Shown one piece after another: positions 12,676 to 26,283 of a stretch of 64,000 nucleotides of DNA. The translations under genes and the position numbers were made by a program. Below the pieces are notes generated by a model that saw only the letters and a program-made list of their open reading frames with translations, searched no databases and had not been told where the DNA came from. The stretch's first letter is position 1; each line of letters begins with the position of its first letter. The DNA is taken from positions 146,570,001 to 146,634,000 of the forward strand of contig NC_058368.1 of NCBI RefSeq assembly GCF_018350175.1, given 5' to 3'. This DNA is from Felis catus. Taxonomy: Eukaryota.

Positions 12676-14632
12676 TGTCCCTAGGCACTGCCCTCCCCTC
12701 TGGAACAAGAGGGAGCTTTGTACTCTCTCTGTAGCCCATGGGTCTTACCCATAGTTTCTCCTTCGTCCACCTGACGCACATCTCAACTTTGTCATTGCTT
12801 CTGCTACTAAAAAATCACAGTAATATTCATCTTGGTAAGGGAAAACATGTTTATTTTGACCACGTTTGGTTTCATTTTTACCTAGTTGTGTTTCACATTC
12901 ACAGTGCAGTAGGCATTTTAAAGAGAAAAAGATAAGGTCCAGCAAACTTAGACTGGGTCTTTTTAGCCTCTTATCAATCTGGTTTGAAAACAATCCTTGA
13001 GCATTCAGAGACGCCTTGGCTAGACAGACAGAAAAGGGATAGTAGAGTTCACATGTCTCCCAAGCACAACTGTCTAGAGAGCCCAGCCTTTCATCCAGTT
13101 CCTCACCAAATGTTCAGAGTTTTACAATTTTCCTAGTTTAAAGGAAAACCATTTAGACGCTAATCTAGGGCTTTGGATTAGTAGTTATTTCTGTGTAAAG
13201 TGGAATCTTCGCCTGGATAATGTTTTTACTGAGCTTAAGGAAATCTAAGAGACCTCTACTTAAAATGAACAAAAGGATATGATTGTAGTAGGTTTTCTTT
13301 CTCCAATGTGGAAAAAAATGTCCCTATGTTCTGTCAATGGAAGTTCAAAGAAGCTTAGGAGAAGATATTCTGGGTTAATGAATGAAATATCAAGAGGATT
13401 GCCGCAAATCTTCAGCCCAACTTCTGATGCCTCTAAGGTACTTTATTATTCTAGTGCAAGAATTTATTCATTTAACCAGCACTAATGATTCCTTCCAGCA
13501 ACCCCAGATTGGCCAGCTATTCCTTTAGTAATTGCAACACTGAGGCACTATATTTCTCCAGCCTTCTCCACAATCATTTATTTTTTTCCTTTTTCATCAG
13601 TTTTTCCCTGCTACTAAATACCTCTAGCCAGCTCATGACATTCTGATATTTTAATTTCTGTTTGCTACCCTTCCAACCCAGTGCAAAATTTCTTCACTTC
13701 TCTACAGACTTTTAATTAGTCTTTCTCTGAAATCTCTTACTATGTCTAAAAAAACTTTTGAAATTCTCTGAACCTAAAAATAACTCTTCTATTGATCCTA
13801 ATATCTATTCACACAAGTTCTCTCCAACCCTCCCTCCTTCCTCCCTTCCTTTTTTCCTTCCTTCCAAGAAAGTTGTTCAGAGCAGTTCCAACTAAAATAC
13901 TAATACACTCTCCCTGAGTTCTATAGACATATTTCCCAGTGCCAGTTCTGTAGAGCCTCAGTCCTAACTAAATCATTCAAAGGATTCTGTCAAGATTTCT
14001 AGGCCATACTCTTGTATCTCTGCTCTTGAACAGACTTTATAGGCTTGCTCTTCTTACCTGTACCTTCTGGAAGCTGGTATGTAGGTCGATGCAAACAGCC
14101 AAATAAGAAGGACCCATTGGGGAAAAAATGAAATTATACAGCTAGAGCTAGCCTTGATCATGCTTCCCCCTGACCCCAAGGAAAATATTCTGTCATACAG
14201 AAGCTGTCCTTGTTCCTCCAGTACATTCATACCCTTAGCAAAATCTCTACAGAGACCACAAAGACTAATTTCAAATTAACGTACTAATCAATAAGCATAT
14301 AATAAATATCTATCTATATACATTAGACTATCTTCAGTGTTGAGTAGAAAATAGAAATAAATATAAGGCACAATTCTTGTATTCTCAGAGTTCACATTGT
14401 TTGGCAAAACTTACATTTAAATATTTACAAGAAACAGATAAGCAGGCATGTCATAAATCACATCTAATTTTTCTATAGAAATAATGGTGGAATTAAAGCT
14501 TGTGTTGTTGACCAAGGACTTGATGCTAAACCCTTTATAGAATTAACCACGAGCATTACATTGAATTGATTTTAATAGTACTTCTGTATGGTATAAATGT
14601 TTCTAAAATGTTCATCAAGAGCTCAAACATAG

Positions 14633-15109
14633 TATAGTCAGTGCAAACAGTGAACAGACAAAAACAAATATGTCCATATCTTAACCCCTGGAACCTATGA
14701 CTGTGACCTTATTTAGAAAAAAGGGTCTTTGAACATGTAATTAAGTTAATGGTTTTAAAATGAGATTATCCTGGTTTACCCTGATAATCTCATGACAAGT
14801 GTCTTTTTATGAGACAGAGGAAGAGACACAGACACAAAGGAAAAGGTCATGTGAAGACAGAAGCAGATATTTGAATTTTGTAGCCATAAACCAAGGAACC
14901 CCTAGAACCATAAGAATTTGGGAGGGGCAAGGGATGTTCTCCACTAGAGCTTTCAGAGGGAGAATGGCATTGCCAACACCTTGATTTCTGGGTGTAGACT
15001 TGATTTCTGGGTGTAGACTTCTAGTCCGTAACTAGGAAGATAAGTTTCTGTTGTTCTAAACTATTATGTTTCTGTTAACTGGTTATGGCAGCCACAAGAT
15101 ACAAATACA
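14633..15109. mobile_element. MLT1-type (MaLR) solo LTR
   Basis: tgtgaccttatttagaaa..gggtcttt, tgccaacaccttgattt, ends ggcagccacaagatacaaataca. Confidence 0.85.
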
Positions 15110-15132
15110 CATGGTGATTAGTTACATGAGGT

Positions 15133-15357
15133 CTTTTTTTTTTTAATTTTTTTTTGCATGTTTATTTATTTTTGAGAGAGACAGAGACAGAATGTGAGTG
15201 GGTTAGGGGCAGAGAGAGAGGGAGACACAGAATCCGAAGCAGGCTCCAGGCTCCGAGCTGTCAGCACAGAGCCCAACGCAGGGCTCCAACTCATGAGCTG
15301 TGAGATCATGACCTGAGCCGAAGTCGGACACAACCAACTGAGCCACCCAGGCGCCCC
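15133..15357 (-). mobile_element. Can-SINE
   Basis: Reverse head ccacccaggcgcccc; TSD tacatgag(g/a)tcttttt at 15123 and 15358. Confidence 0.94.
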
Positions 15358-16344
15358 TACATGAGATCTTTTTGATGGTCTTATCTTACTTACCATAGTT
15401 TCTTGCCTTACCTTTCCTGTAATAAATCAGAAATTAAAGGTAGAGCCATATAGGATTAATTAAATTCAGCAGAGTTTCTACATAGAGTATGATAGCAACT
15501 TTGAAGAGATGTCTGGGGATGAAAATAAGATTTAGAGACATTTATCCCTGTGTACCTGCTTTGCTCTCACCTTTCCATTTATTCAAAGTTTTAGGTATTA
15601 GGGAATAAGCTTTGGTTCATCTGTTATCTTCAAACCAAAGTCTGTCTGGCTTCTTGAGGCAAACCCAATTAAAAACTTGTATTGTTTTTCTTACATGTAG
15701 CACAGTTCAGAAACAAAATCACAAATCTTTAGAATATCCAAACCAATCCTTTGGGGCACCTTGATCTACTCCAATGTTACTTGATCGTTTTAGAATCCTT
15801 AAAGCTATGCTTGGATTTTATGGCCAAATCATTGTCAAAACTTGATCCTGAATATGCATAATTAAAAGTGTTTGTATTTTAGCCATAAGACTGATTCATT
15901 ACCAGGTAGTAATTGTTTGTAATCATTAGTCATCTCAGGGGAAACCTAAGGTATGACTTTGAATTAATGAAATTGATTCCTAAACAATTCTGGGTACATA
16001 GTAGGCACTCAGTAAATATTTGTTCAATGCATGAATTTATTTGGCTAAGAAAGCGTGTGACTTCAGGTAGCCCTCTGATCAGGATGTGGGTAATTAAAAT
16101 AAATAAATTAAAGCTGAAGATATCTATAGAAAGTCAGAGACGGGCATAAAATAAAGCCCATTGTATTTCTTTATGCAGAAGAAACAGCTGCAAGTCCCTG
16201 GAGAGGCTGGAAGAGTGATGCTACCTGGAGTTAAACCAGAGACAGGGCTGGGACTGGAAGGTGCACTCTCTGTCTTGACAGAGCAGCCACTACTCAGCTC
16301 GAGCAAATTATCACCATGCAGAAATTTGAGACTAATCTGCCTTT

Positions 16345-16495
16345 CATTTCATATTTTCAAGAGAAGCCAGAAATATAGATGAGAACACTTGCCATTTTAA
16401 AAGTTGGCAATGAACTCACTCTTTTAAAAAACGCTCTGTGGTGGCCAAACAAAACACATCTGCTGGCCAGATAGGCCTAGAGTCTTCCAGTCTGG
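16345..16495 (+). mobile_element. MER102-like hAT DNA transposon, 3' part
   Basis: ttttcaagagaagccagaaat...gttggcaa...ggccaaacaaaacacatctgc. Confidence 0.65.
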
Positions 16496-17663
16496 GTCTG
16501 TACTTCTTAGTATCTTTTCCTTTCTTTACTTCCCTTGGACTTCTCTCTACTTCCTCTTTCTTTCTCTCTCTCCTTTCAGCCTCTTGCATCACTGATTGTC
16601 TAGAAACTAGTTTCTGGGATAAAAGTTGTGAAGGGCAGAAAGACTGGAGAATTGTATGTATTCTGAATGTCAGAGCAAGGCTTACTTCTGTTTTCAGTCA
16701 GAAAACAGACAGGGAGGCAAATAAATGGGCTTTGGATGTCATAGATGCTGGGTTTAGTCCATAATCTAACAAATATCTAATCACTGAAACATTATTTAAC
16801 TTCTTCGGTTCTTAGTTGCACCATCTACAAAAAGGGAATAATTGCACTAATATCCACTGCACCACCATTGTGAAATCAAATGAGACAATAGTTTTAAATG
16901 AACCTTATTGATATAAAGGGCTGTAAAGTTATTAATTGTACAATAGTTATTAATAATAAGAGGTTTATTGGTGTGCTGCATGCTTGTTATCGTATGAGAG
17001 TTATAATTCACAGAGCACCAGAAATGTGCATAGCCAGAAGTCAAATAGCCATAAATCAAACATGCCATAGTGAATTCTACAAGATAGGGTATAAATTATG
17101 TGGTAAAGACTAAAAGTGCTATAAAATTTCAGAGAAGAAGATTGATGACGACTGCAGTAATAAGAGAAAGAGTCTTAGAAGTAGTGAGACTTACACCAGA
17201 CCTTAAAGGCTACAAAGGATAGTGATAGTGTTACTGGATTGTTTCAGGTGTCAAAACAGATTTAACTTTGGAATTACATTTTTTATGTTCTCTGGCCTAT
17301 GGAAGCACCAAACAGGTTTAGTTATTGGTTTCCCAAACTTTATTCATTCATTCATTCATTCATTCATTCATTCACCTGATCTGGGTTGACATCTCTGTGT
17401 GTCAGAGATACACTGTCTATGACCTCAGGGAGCTTACCATCAAGATGTTAAGTTTGGGAAATTCTAGGTTAATTGAGATAAAACCTTCTTGGGTAGGGCT
17501 ATTGTATGTAGGTGTGTGTGTATATATATGTGCATTCAGCTGAAGGAGTTCCAGATCTTTCAATATCCTTGAGTCTGGAGATCTAGAGAGAATAGTGTAT
17601 GGAGACTTCTTTTACAGATTAGCAATAGGAAATATTGTTTAAATTTAGAGATACTGCTCCTGA

Positions 17664-17858
17664 GGGGCGCCTGGGTGGCTCAGTCAGTTAAGCAACCGAC
17701 TTCGGCTCAGGTCATGGTCTCCCAGTTGGTGAGTTTGAGCCCTGCGTTGGGCTCTGTGCTGACAGCTCAGAGCCTGGAGCCTGCTTCAGATTCTGTGTCT
17801 CCCTCCCTCTCTGCCCCTCCCCTGCTTGCACTCTGTCTCTTGCAAAAATAAATAAACA
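17664..17858 (+). mobile_element. Can-SINE
   Basis: Full element; 20-bp TSD tttagagata(c/t)tgc(t/a)cctga at 17644 and 17859. Confidence 0.94.
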
Positions 17859-18327
17859 TTTAGAGATATTGCACCTGACAAATTGGCTAGAGGTTGAAGA
17901 CAAAATATTATGCATTTCATTTGAAAATGTAAATATTGACTGTTCAAACAAAAATTTCTCTTATGTTTCCTGACTTTGTCAGACACCATATATAATAATG
18001 GTAGCCAATTTGTGGATTACAGAGATATTGGAGGGTATCTATGGCTCATCTAGTCTCAGTAGTTAGCAGGGCTTGTACATATATATGACCACTGTGATTA
18101 AGAAAATATAAAACCATTTAAAGCTGTTCAGTCATGTTGTTATCACATACTTTATCAATGTCTGTCATTTATAGAATGTCTATCATGTAGTTGTGTTCAT
18201 ATTTTTTTTTATTTTAAAAAAGGATTCTCAGATATACATTATAATACCGACTTACCTTTAACTATTTTGACCGTAACTATTTTGCTCTAATGTTTTCTCC
18301 TTAAACTGGAACTTCTTCAAAGTTAAG

Positions 18328-19210
18328 AAAACAATTATATTTACCATAGCATTAGAAAGAGTAAAATACTTAGGAATTAATATAGCCAAGAAGGTGAAGG
18401 ACTCGTGCAATAAAAATGGCAAAACATTGCTGAAATAATTAAAGAAGACACAGAAGATTTAATATTGTTACAGTGGTTGTGCTAGCCAAAGTGATCTGTA
18501 GATTTTTTTAAATTTTTTTTTTCAACGTTTATTTTATTTTTGGGACAGAGAGAGACAGAGCATGAACGGAGGAGGGGCAGAGAGAGAGGGAGACACAGAA
18601 TCGGAAACAGGCTCCAGGCTCTGAGCCATCAGCCCAGAGCCTGACGCGGGGCTCAAACTCCCGGACCGCGAGATCGTGACCTGGCTGAAGTCGGACGCTT
18701 AACCGACTGCGCCACCCAGGCGCCCCGTGATCTGTAGATTTAATGCAACTTTTCTCAAAATCCCAATGACGGGTTTTACAGAAAGAGAAAAATCTCAAGG
18801 AACCTAGAATAGCCAAAAAATACTGAAAAAGAACAAAGCTGGAGAACTCATACTTTCTGATTTCAAAGCTTACCACAAGGCTATAGTAATCAAAACAGTG
18901 TGGTACTGACAGAAAGACAGACATTTCACTCTGTAAAGTGCATGGAATAGTCGAAACTATTGAGACAGAAAGTGAAATGATGGTTGCCAGGGGCTGAGGG
19001 GACAGGGGAATGAGGAGTTAGTGTTTAATGGCTATTGAATTTCATTTTTTCAATATGAAAAGAGCTCTGGAGATGGGTGGTGGTGAGGTTTGCACAACAG
19101 TACGAATGTACTGAATATCACTGGGCTGTACACTTAAAAATGGTTATTTAAAATAGTGTACTTTATGTTATCTGCATTTTGCCACGATCCAAAAACTGGG
19201 GAGAAAAGGT
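18328..19210 (+). mobile_element. L1MB-like fragment (ORF2 part plus 3' UTR, internally deleted)
   Basis: aaaatacttaggaattaat, aaagaacaaagctggaga, gtaatcaaaacagtgtggtactg, then atggttgccaggggctg...tacacttaaaaatggtta. Confidence 0.8.
18506..18726 (-). mobile_element. young Can-SINE (SINEC_Fc) inside L1
   Basis: CpGs retained; perfect 15-bp TSD gtgatctgtagattt at 18491-18505 and 18727-18741. Confidence 0.96.
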
Positions 19211-21164
19211 AAAAATGATTTTTCAAAAATTATGGTAGAACATTGACTTCGTAGTTGTTAAAGACTTCAGCCTATACCACTTAAGCTTTCTGTTCTTTCT
19301 CACCCTTTACTCTTTACCACTGTTTTTGTTTTGCCTCACTTCAGGGCTTCTGGCACCAAAAAAAGTTAATGTTTGAAGCTCTTGAAAAGCGGGTGCATTT
19401 ATTTGCAGCCCTTTTATACATAGTGACAGTATTTTACTTCCCCATTGCCATCCCCAGTCTGAACCTGCATTGAAGGGATTTATTACCAACGAACACCTAG
19501 TAGTCAGGGCCTCCTCTTTGCCTCGGGACACTCACCACCTGTGAGAGGCTCCCCCAAAGATTACTCAACCTTCTGGGAACCATTTCACTTCTCCTGAAGG
19601 TTTGTCACTTTCCACCCCCACCACCTCAATGTATACATGTCAGCTATTCCACCTGGCGTCTACAATAGTTTTCTCATCTAAATTGGCCTTCATTCTAAAC
19701 AAATCAAAGATGGAAGGGTTACATGAGGGAACCGGATCCTAAAATGTGCACTAGTTAGAACGCTTCATATCCAGAAGCTCACGACCTCTCCTGTCTCTGA
19801 CTTCCCCTGAAATAATAACCAGTGACTCAGATCAGAGTGTCTCAGGGGCTGACGTTCCTTTTGGTTCATTGGAGGGCTGCATTTAGCTTAAACTAATTCC
19901 CCAAAGCCAGGAAATATTCTCTTAACAGATGAAGTGTTCTGTTGACACCAGAAAAAATGCAAAGCATAATGTGGTATCTATTCATCAGCCACCAGAGCAC
20001 CTAAGGCAAGTGGGTTCTTTACAAAACCTATTTGATGAGAATTGCCTGATCAACCATAGGAGAGATAAAGTAGGATAAGTGAACATTCCTTAGAAGTATC
20101 TCTTGCAGTTCAGCTGATGTATAACTGTGTTTCTGAGCTACCCAAACCAAATCAATAACGGTCTTCATTTATTACGTTCTTACAGTTGATCAGGTTCAGA
20201 ACTGAGCAACTCCATAGTCCTTTTTCTTTTCTGATGCTAGTATGAAATAGCGTAAAAGCAACTAACTGGCCAAGATAGAGTGATATATCCCTTTTGCTCC
20301 TCTTCTCCCTAGATAAATCAGTGAGAAATTGCATTTTCTTATGTTCAACCTACTTGATAATAAAGATCCAAATCCAAATGTCACACAATATAAATAATAG
20401 ACTAATTATTTGGCATCCACTATAAACTGAAATATTAGAAAGCATGAGATATGACTGTCATTTCATTTAATGGTCGCTTCTTTCTTAGTTTCCTTGGTAA
20501 TTTAAAGTGTTCACATCATAAGAATGAAGGCATGTAAGAGTTACACTTGTGACCAAGGTAGAATGAAAGAGTCTAGATCTATCCCCTTACCAGAAATTAC
20601 TGGAAAATTGGACAAAGTGTATTAAACAATGGCTTTAAAGTACCTGGAAGTCAGGTGAGAAAACATAAGAGATACCTGACAGGAAATAAACAAGGTGAGC
20701 CCCACCGTTGTCCCAATTTACTGCCAAGAAAGTTTCCAGGCCATAGTGCCATATGTCCAAGCCATGGATGAACTGAAGCTCTCAGTCACTGCTGGTGGTC
20801 ATATAAAGGGCTCAGTGACTTTGGACAATTTAACAGTTTCTTTAAGAAGTTAAACATACACATGCCATGAGATCCAGTCCTTTCACTCTTATTTGCCCAA
20901 TAGAATGAAAGCACATGTCCTTAGATTTGTATGTGACTACTCATAGCATCTTTATTTGCAATGGCTAAAAAACTGGACACCAGCCAAATGTCCATCAAGA
21001 GATGAATGGATAACACACTGATGAAATACATACAACAGAATTCTACTCAACAGTTGATAGGAATAATCTGTTGATACTTACAACAGCATGGATAAATCTC
21101 AGAGAAAGAAGCCAGACTAAATACAGTACATACTCCCCTTATATAAAATTCTGGAAAACCCATA

Positions 21165-21361
21165 TTTTTTTATTTAATTTTTTAAACGTGTATTTATTTA
21201 TTTTTGAGAGAGGGACAGAAGACAGAGACACAGAATCTGATGCAGGCTCCAGGCTGTGAGCTGTCAGCACAGAGCCCAACACAGTGCTGGAACCCACAAG
21301 CCACGAGATCATGACCTGAGCCAAAGTCAGATGCTTAAGCCACTGAGCCACCCAGGCGCCC
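21165..21361 (-). mobile_element. Can-SINE
   Basis: Poly-T tail; reverse head gagccacccaggcgccc. Confidence 0.92.
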
Positions 21362-21594
21362 TGAAAATATATAATAATCTATAGATTACTGATAGAAAGA
21401 ATATCAGTGGTTGGCTGTGAGTGGGGGCAGAGGTGGAGGAGGGGCAGATGACACAGTGACACAAGGAATATTTTGGAGATGATGAATATGTTCATTGTTT
21501 TTCCTGGGGCAGTGGTGTCACAGGTGTATGCATATGTCAAAAGTAGCCAAAAATATTGTACACTTTTAATATGTGAAGTTTATTGTGTGTCACT

Positions 21595-21756
21595 TTAAAG
21601 TATGTTTTAAATGTTTGCTATTGTGGTAAAAGATACATGATGGAAAATTTACCATTTTAATCATTTTTAACTGTACAGTTCAGTGACATTAAGTACGTTC
21701 ATGTTGCTTGTCGCAACCATCACCAGAATTTTTTTCATCTTCCAACTCTGGACACA
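21595..21756 (-). mobile_element. short L1MB-like 3' end nested in the older L1
   Basis: attgtggtaaaa...tttaccatttt...tgtacagttcagtgacattaagtac; flanked by ttatt(g/a)tgtgtcact at 21580 and 21757. Confidence 0.7.
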
Positions 21757-21855
21757 TTATTATGTGTCACTCATATCTCAATAAAGATGCTGGGGGGAGA
21801 AGAGGAGCAGGAGAAGGGGAAGCCACCACAAAGTGACAATTTTTTTTTAGCTAGA

Positions 21856-22045
21856 GGGGCTCCTGGATGGCTCAGTTATTTGAGCCTCCAACTTCAGCTC
21901 AGGTCATGATCTCACAGTTGGTGAGTTCCAACCCCACATAAGGCTCACTGCTGTCATCCTGTTAGCCTGCAGCCTGCTTCGGATCCTCTGTCCCCCTCTC
22001 TGTGCTCCTCCCCAGCTTGTGCTCTCCCCAAAATAAATAAATAGC
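21856..22045 (+). mobile_element. Can-SINE (variant body)
   Basis: Head ggggctcctggatggctcag, caggtcatgatctc, tail aaataaataaa. Confidence 0.88.
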
Positions 22046-22089
22046 AAATAGTTTATGAGACACTAGCCTAATTATTTGTCATGTATAAG

Positions 22090-22325
22090 AGCTGATTGCA
22101 CCTCAGGGCCTTGGGCAAAGCCTCCTGTGCATCTGACATCCTCTAGTCCTCACAAGAATCCTGTGAGGTGTAAACAGTGTTACAATACCTATTTTACACA
22201 TGAATGGACCCAGGAATTCTTTTTGGGGAGAAGAATGAATGAAGTTACTTTTCTAAGCTTGTTTAGCCAGGAAACCTGTGAAGCCATGTTTCAAACCCAG
22301 GCAGTCCCTTGCTATTTCAGCTCCC
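22090..22325 (-). mobile_element. MIR
   Basis: tcctcacaagaatcctgtgagg...cctattttaca...ttcaaacccaggcagtc. Confidence 0.6.
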
Positions 22326-23715
22326 TGGTTCCGTGGCTCATTTTTCAATGATGACAAAATAGGTGCACTAATGATTTTACTTCATTGTGAGGACTGAGAA
22401 GGAAACAAAAGTATCTAAAAATCTAAACCAGCCTTGTTCTTTCTCATCATTCATTTTCACCTAATAAGTTTCAGGATATGTAGGCGTCAAGCACTGCTCC
22501 AGAAACTGGGATACAAGTACAAACATGGCCCCTGTGAAGTCTCATGGAGTCCATGAATTGTAGCAATTCTGGGATACATGTAACAGTGCAAGGGCACACA
22601 ATTTACAGTAGCTATTTTGACAGGCAGCTGGAGCAGGGGTTGGGGTCTCAGCAGGGGAGTCACTTCAGAAAACCTTCATGGACTACTGTGCATTTAATCC
22701 ACGTCTTGAAATGTTGGTCCTTTTTTTCTAGATAAACAAAGGTGGGCGACAGGGAAAGAAGTTTGCAAGTTACAGAAATGAAAAATATGAAGGCAAGAAG
22801 ATGTTCTAAAAGAGCAGATGTTTTCAAAGGTAGAAGCCACAGGGGAATTAACTTTTAAGATGATTTGTTGTAAGGAAAACCATCAGTATTTGAGTTGGAA
22901 ATTTCTGGAATGTGCAAAGTGTTCATTATGAGCTCATCAGGCTATGGTAATTTCCAGAAATAATTAAAACTGAAACACATTGTGCTTTGTGGCCAAGAGG
23001 TAACAAAAATAGATGAACTTGAGGAGGCTCTCTGTGATATACACTTCAGGTCACGATGTGTGACCTAGGATTGCTAAGTGCATGGTATCTCTAAGTGCTA
23101 TATCAGTAGGATGAAAACACTTGGAGTCAGGACTAGATTTTACATGGCAACAAGACTGCCTCAAAGCTATTTTAACAAATGAACTGATGTTCATTAAACA
23201 TGCTTTACAAACTAGACTTTCATGAAAATGCCACAAAACCGGTTTTCAAAATCCCAATTTCTCTTTATTTAAGGAAATGGAGCACTTGAAATGCCAAAAC
23301 TTTTACTGATCAGTTTCCCCTTCCGGAGTCCTATTCTTATGAAATCACTGCCTTGCTTTTGTTGGAAAATTTTAGGTTTGTATTTTTTAGTACCATATAA
23401 ACAGGGGTTTCTCAGTTATCTTCTCAAATGATTGCTGTTTTTGTTTTTATAGATTATTGACCCAATTTGTAAACATTACGTTAACTTCAGAGAGACCTCC
23501 AAAGACAGTTTTTTTTTTTTTAAGGCCAGAATTTCCTCAAGATTTTGAGGTTTCACTTTGTGTTTATTATGACTACCTCTGAGACTGATAGGAGTCTGAG
23601 AACATGGGTAACGTTATTACAAAATGTCCCACTGAACTTATTTCAAGAACATTACTATCTATGAGGGCTAATACCCAAGGCTGATGCTATCATGTTGTTA
23701 AGTTTGAAGCATGCT

Positions 23716-23753
23716 GGGGGGGGGGGGGGGGGGGGGGAGGGGGGAGGGGGAGG
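23716..23753. repeat. poly-G tract (G22 A G6 A G5 A GG)
   Basis: Directly visible. Confidence 0.9.
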
Positions 23754-24950
23754 TAAAAGGAAGCATTTAATGGAATAAAAGCAATGAAACAAAACACCAA
23801 TTGATTTCTCTGTGTTCTTGCGTAAAACGGAATGAGGTTGAAGACAAATTATCAAAATAAAAATAATATGTCCCCAGAACTGAATTTATCAGAATGTCCG
23901 GGATGGCAAGGATTTACAGAGCGCTTTTCTAAGTCCGAGGCCACACAAATGTGGTAAGTAGTTTTGCCACACACTTCCCCCTCCCTCCCTTTTTTTTTTT
24001 TTTTTTTTTTTTAAGGAGGGTGGGAGCAGGGCAGTTCTTGTTCTGTTCAGCTTCAGTTTAGTAAAGAAGAAAGAAAATAGTAGTAATAAATGGGCCCCTA
24101 TCTAAATAGTAACAACTTCCTGGGAAAGTTACAATATTCTTTGGAAATTCAGTTGCAGCCTATCATGGGAATATATGATTATATAGAGACATAGAAGGTA
24201 TGTGGTACATGGAAAAGTAGCAATGGCTGCTTGAGGTACTGTCCTTCCTCTCTGAGTTTTACTTTTCTCTTCTGTGAAACTAGAATAATAATACCTCCTT
24301 TTCAAAGTTATGAAGATATGCTTGGCCTACATTAGGTGCTCAATGATTGGTGGCTATTATGACTATTATTTTTGTTGTTGTCATTATTATTTTTATTACT
24401 AGTATAATCGTATTTGGAAAATGAAATAGAGAAATTTAGAGTTCATCTGAGATTATGGTATCTTTTGGACCAATACTACCCTGGAAGCAAAATATTTTGG
24501 TTTCCATAACAGGGGGATAGTATAATGATTAGATTTGTCACCAAAATAGAAGTTAAAAATTAATGCCAGCACTGTGCATTTACTTTAACCAACGACAACA
24601 TCCTTTTTAAAATTTAACGGTGGTTGTCCTATTCAATTTAGAAACTACTATTGGCTGCAGACTTTTTGAGTGTAACTTTACCCAGCATTTTAGGTTAAAA
24701 TTGTTCTAAAACTATTATTTCAAGATGGCTACCAGCATTGCCCCATGCCAGCCACCGGCAGCCAAGGGAGTCCAGCACCCCCAGGGATCTTCGCCTGAGG
24801 CCCCAAGTCCTCCTGCACTTCTACTAATTACAACCTGGGATATAGTAGATAGTGTAATATTTTGTTTATATTAATTAATACATCAATAGGTATGGGTAGG
24901 GAAACTTCTAAATCAGTAAAGAATGCTTGCTATAAGACTATTCCGTTTCC

Positions 24951-25150
24951 GGGGCACCTGGGTGGCTCCATCCGTAAATGTACAACTTCAGCTCAGGTTC
25001 AAGCCCTCATAGGGCTGGCTCTGTGCTGACAACTCAGAGCTTGGAGCCTGCTTCCCACTCTGTGTCTCCCGCTCTCTCTGCCCCTCCCCCGCTCACACTC
25101 TTTCTCTCTCTCTCTCTCAAAAATAAATGAAACATTAAAAATTTTTTTAA
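24951..25150 (+). mobile_element. Can-SINE with internal deletion
   Basis: 17-bp TSD aagactattcc(g/a)tttcc at 24934 and 25151; lacks the catgatctc segment. Confidence 0.92.
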
Positions 25151-26283
25151 AAGACTATTCCATTTCCTATGGAACATACTTGCACAAAAGGAAAAAAATT
25201 GACTTTTCAAGGAAGTGGAAAACTTTTGAGAATATTAAACTATAAATCCCGGGGTGTTTTTAGAAAAGTATCTCTTAGATGTGTGGAGACAAAATTCAGT
25301 TTTGCAATTGCTAGTATTATGACATGTGTTTTAGAACAACGGGCAGATAATTGCAGGATGTTTTTGTGAATCATTTAAATATAAAATGTTGACACTATTT
25401 TTCTTAAAGCTGCAGAGCTGATATATGTATAGCCTACTGATAAAATAATACTTTCTGATTGTTTTCTTCTTACAGATTAATTATCTCAATCATCACTTAA
25501 TTATATCTCCCAATTTAAGTGCAATTTTAATTTGAAGTGAACCCTTCAAAAAAAATGAATCCCTAAATATCAAGTGTTTTAAACAAACTAAATTTAAATC
25601 CTATATCTAATCTTTCTTTCATTAAAAAAAAAAGTTTCCAGTCATTTAAGTCAAAATTGGACCTTCCAAATGGAGTTGCTGTGTACCTATTTCCATCCTT
25701 AAACCACACATTTGGCTCCCAAATCAAGTAATTATGTGTACAAAGGGATCTGGGAAGTGCAATCACTTCACTGGCACATGTAAGTAAAATATGGATGCTC
25801 AATTTCCATCGTAATGCATGCAAATGATAGACCCCCACACACAGGCATTATAACTGCCCTACGCACAGCCTGTCACTTTGGCTTTTGAATTTAAAGAGAT
25901 ATCCTATTCCTCTGAGCATGTTGAACAACATTCAGCAGAATTCTCTCCAATTCTATTTTTGTTTAAATCTCTTACGTTCATTTCTAAGTAAGCAAATATT
26001 GAATGTGGGTACTTAACATTTTTTTTATCTTTTGCCTGAGAATGTTGATGTATTATTGTATTTCATTTTATAGTAAAACTGGTGTATTATCTCCCTTGGG
26101 TTCTATAATCCTTGTAGGGCTTCAGATTTACTATGATTTACTAAAAGGATGTCCTAACCTTCTTGACACTCCCTGTCCTCATCTGAGAAATGGTACACAT
26201 TCATGGCTGCCATGGACAGAACAGAGGCTGTCCACCGTGCAGTGCGAAAGATGCTTGCACAACTCTACACAATAGCTCAGCTC

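Larger units (their letters stand above)
20750..21790 (+). mobile_element. old L1 (L1MC/ME-like) 3' fragment with nested insertions
   Basis: aagttaaacataca, aaatgtccatcaa..gatgaatggataa, acaacagcatggataaatctca, ends tctcaataaag. Confidence 0.7.
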
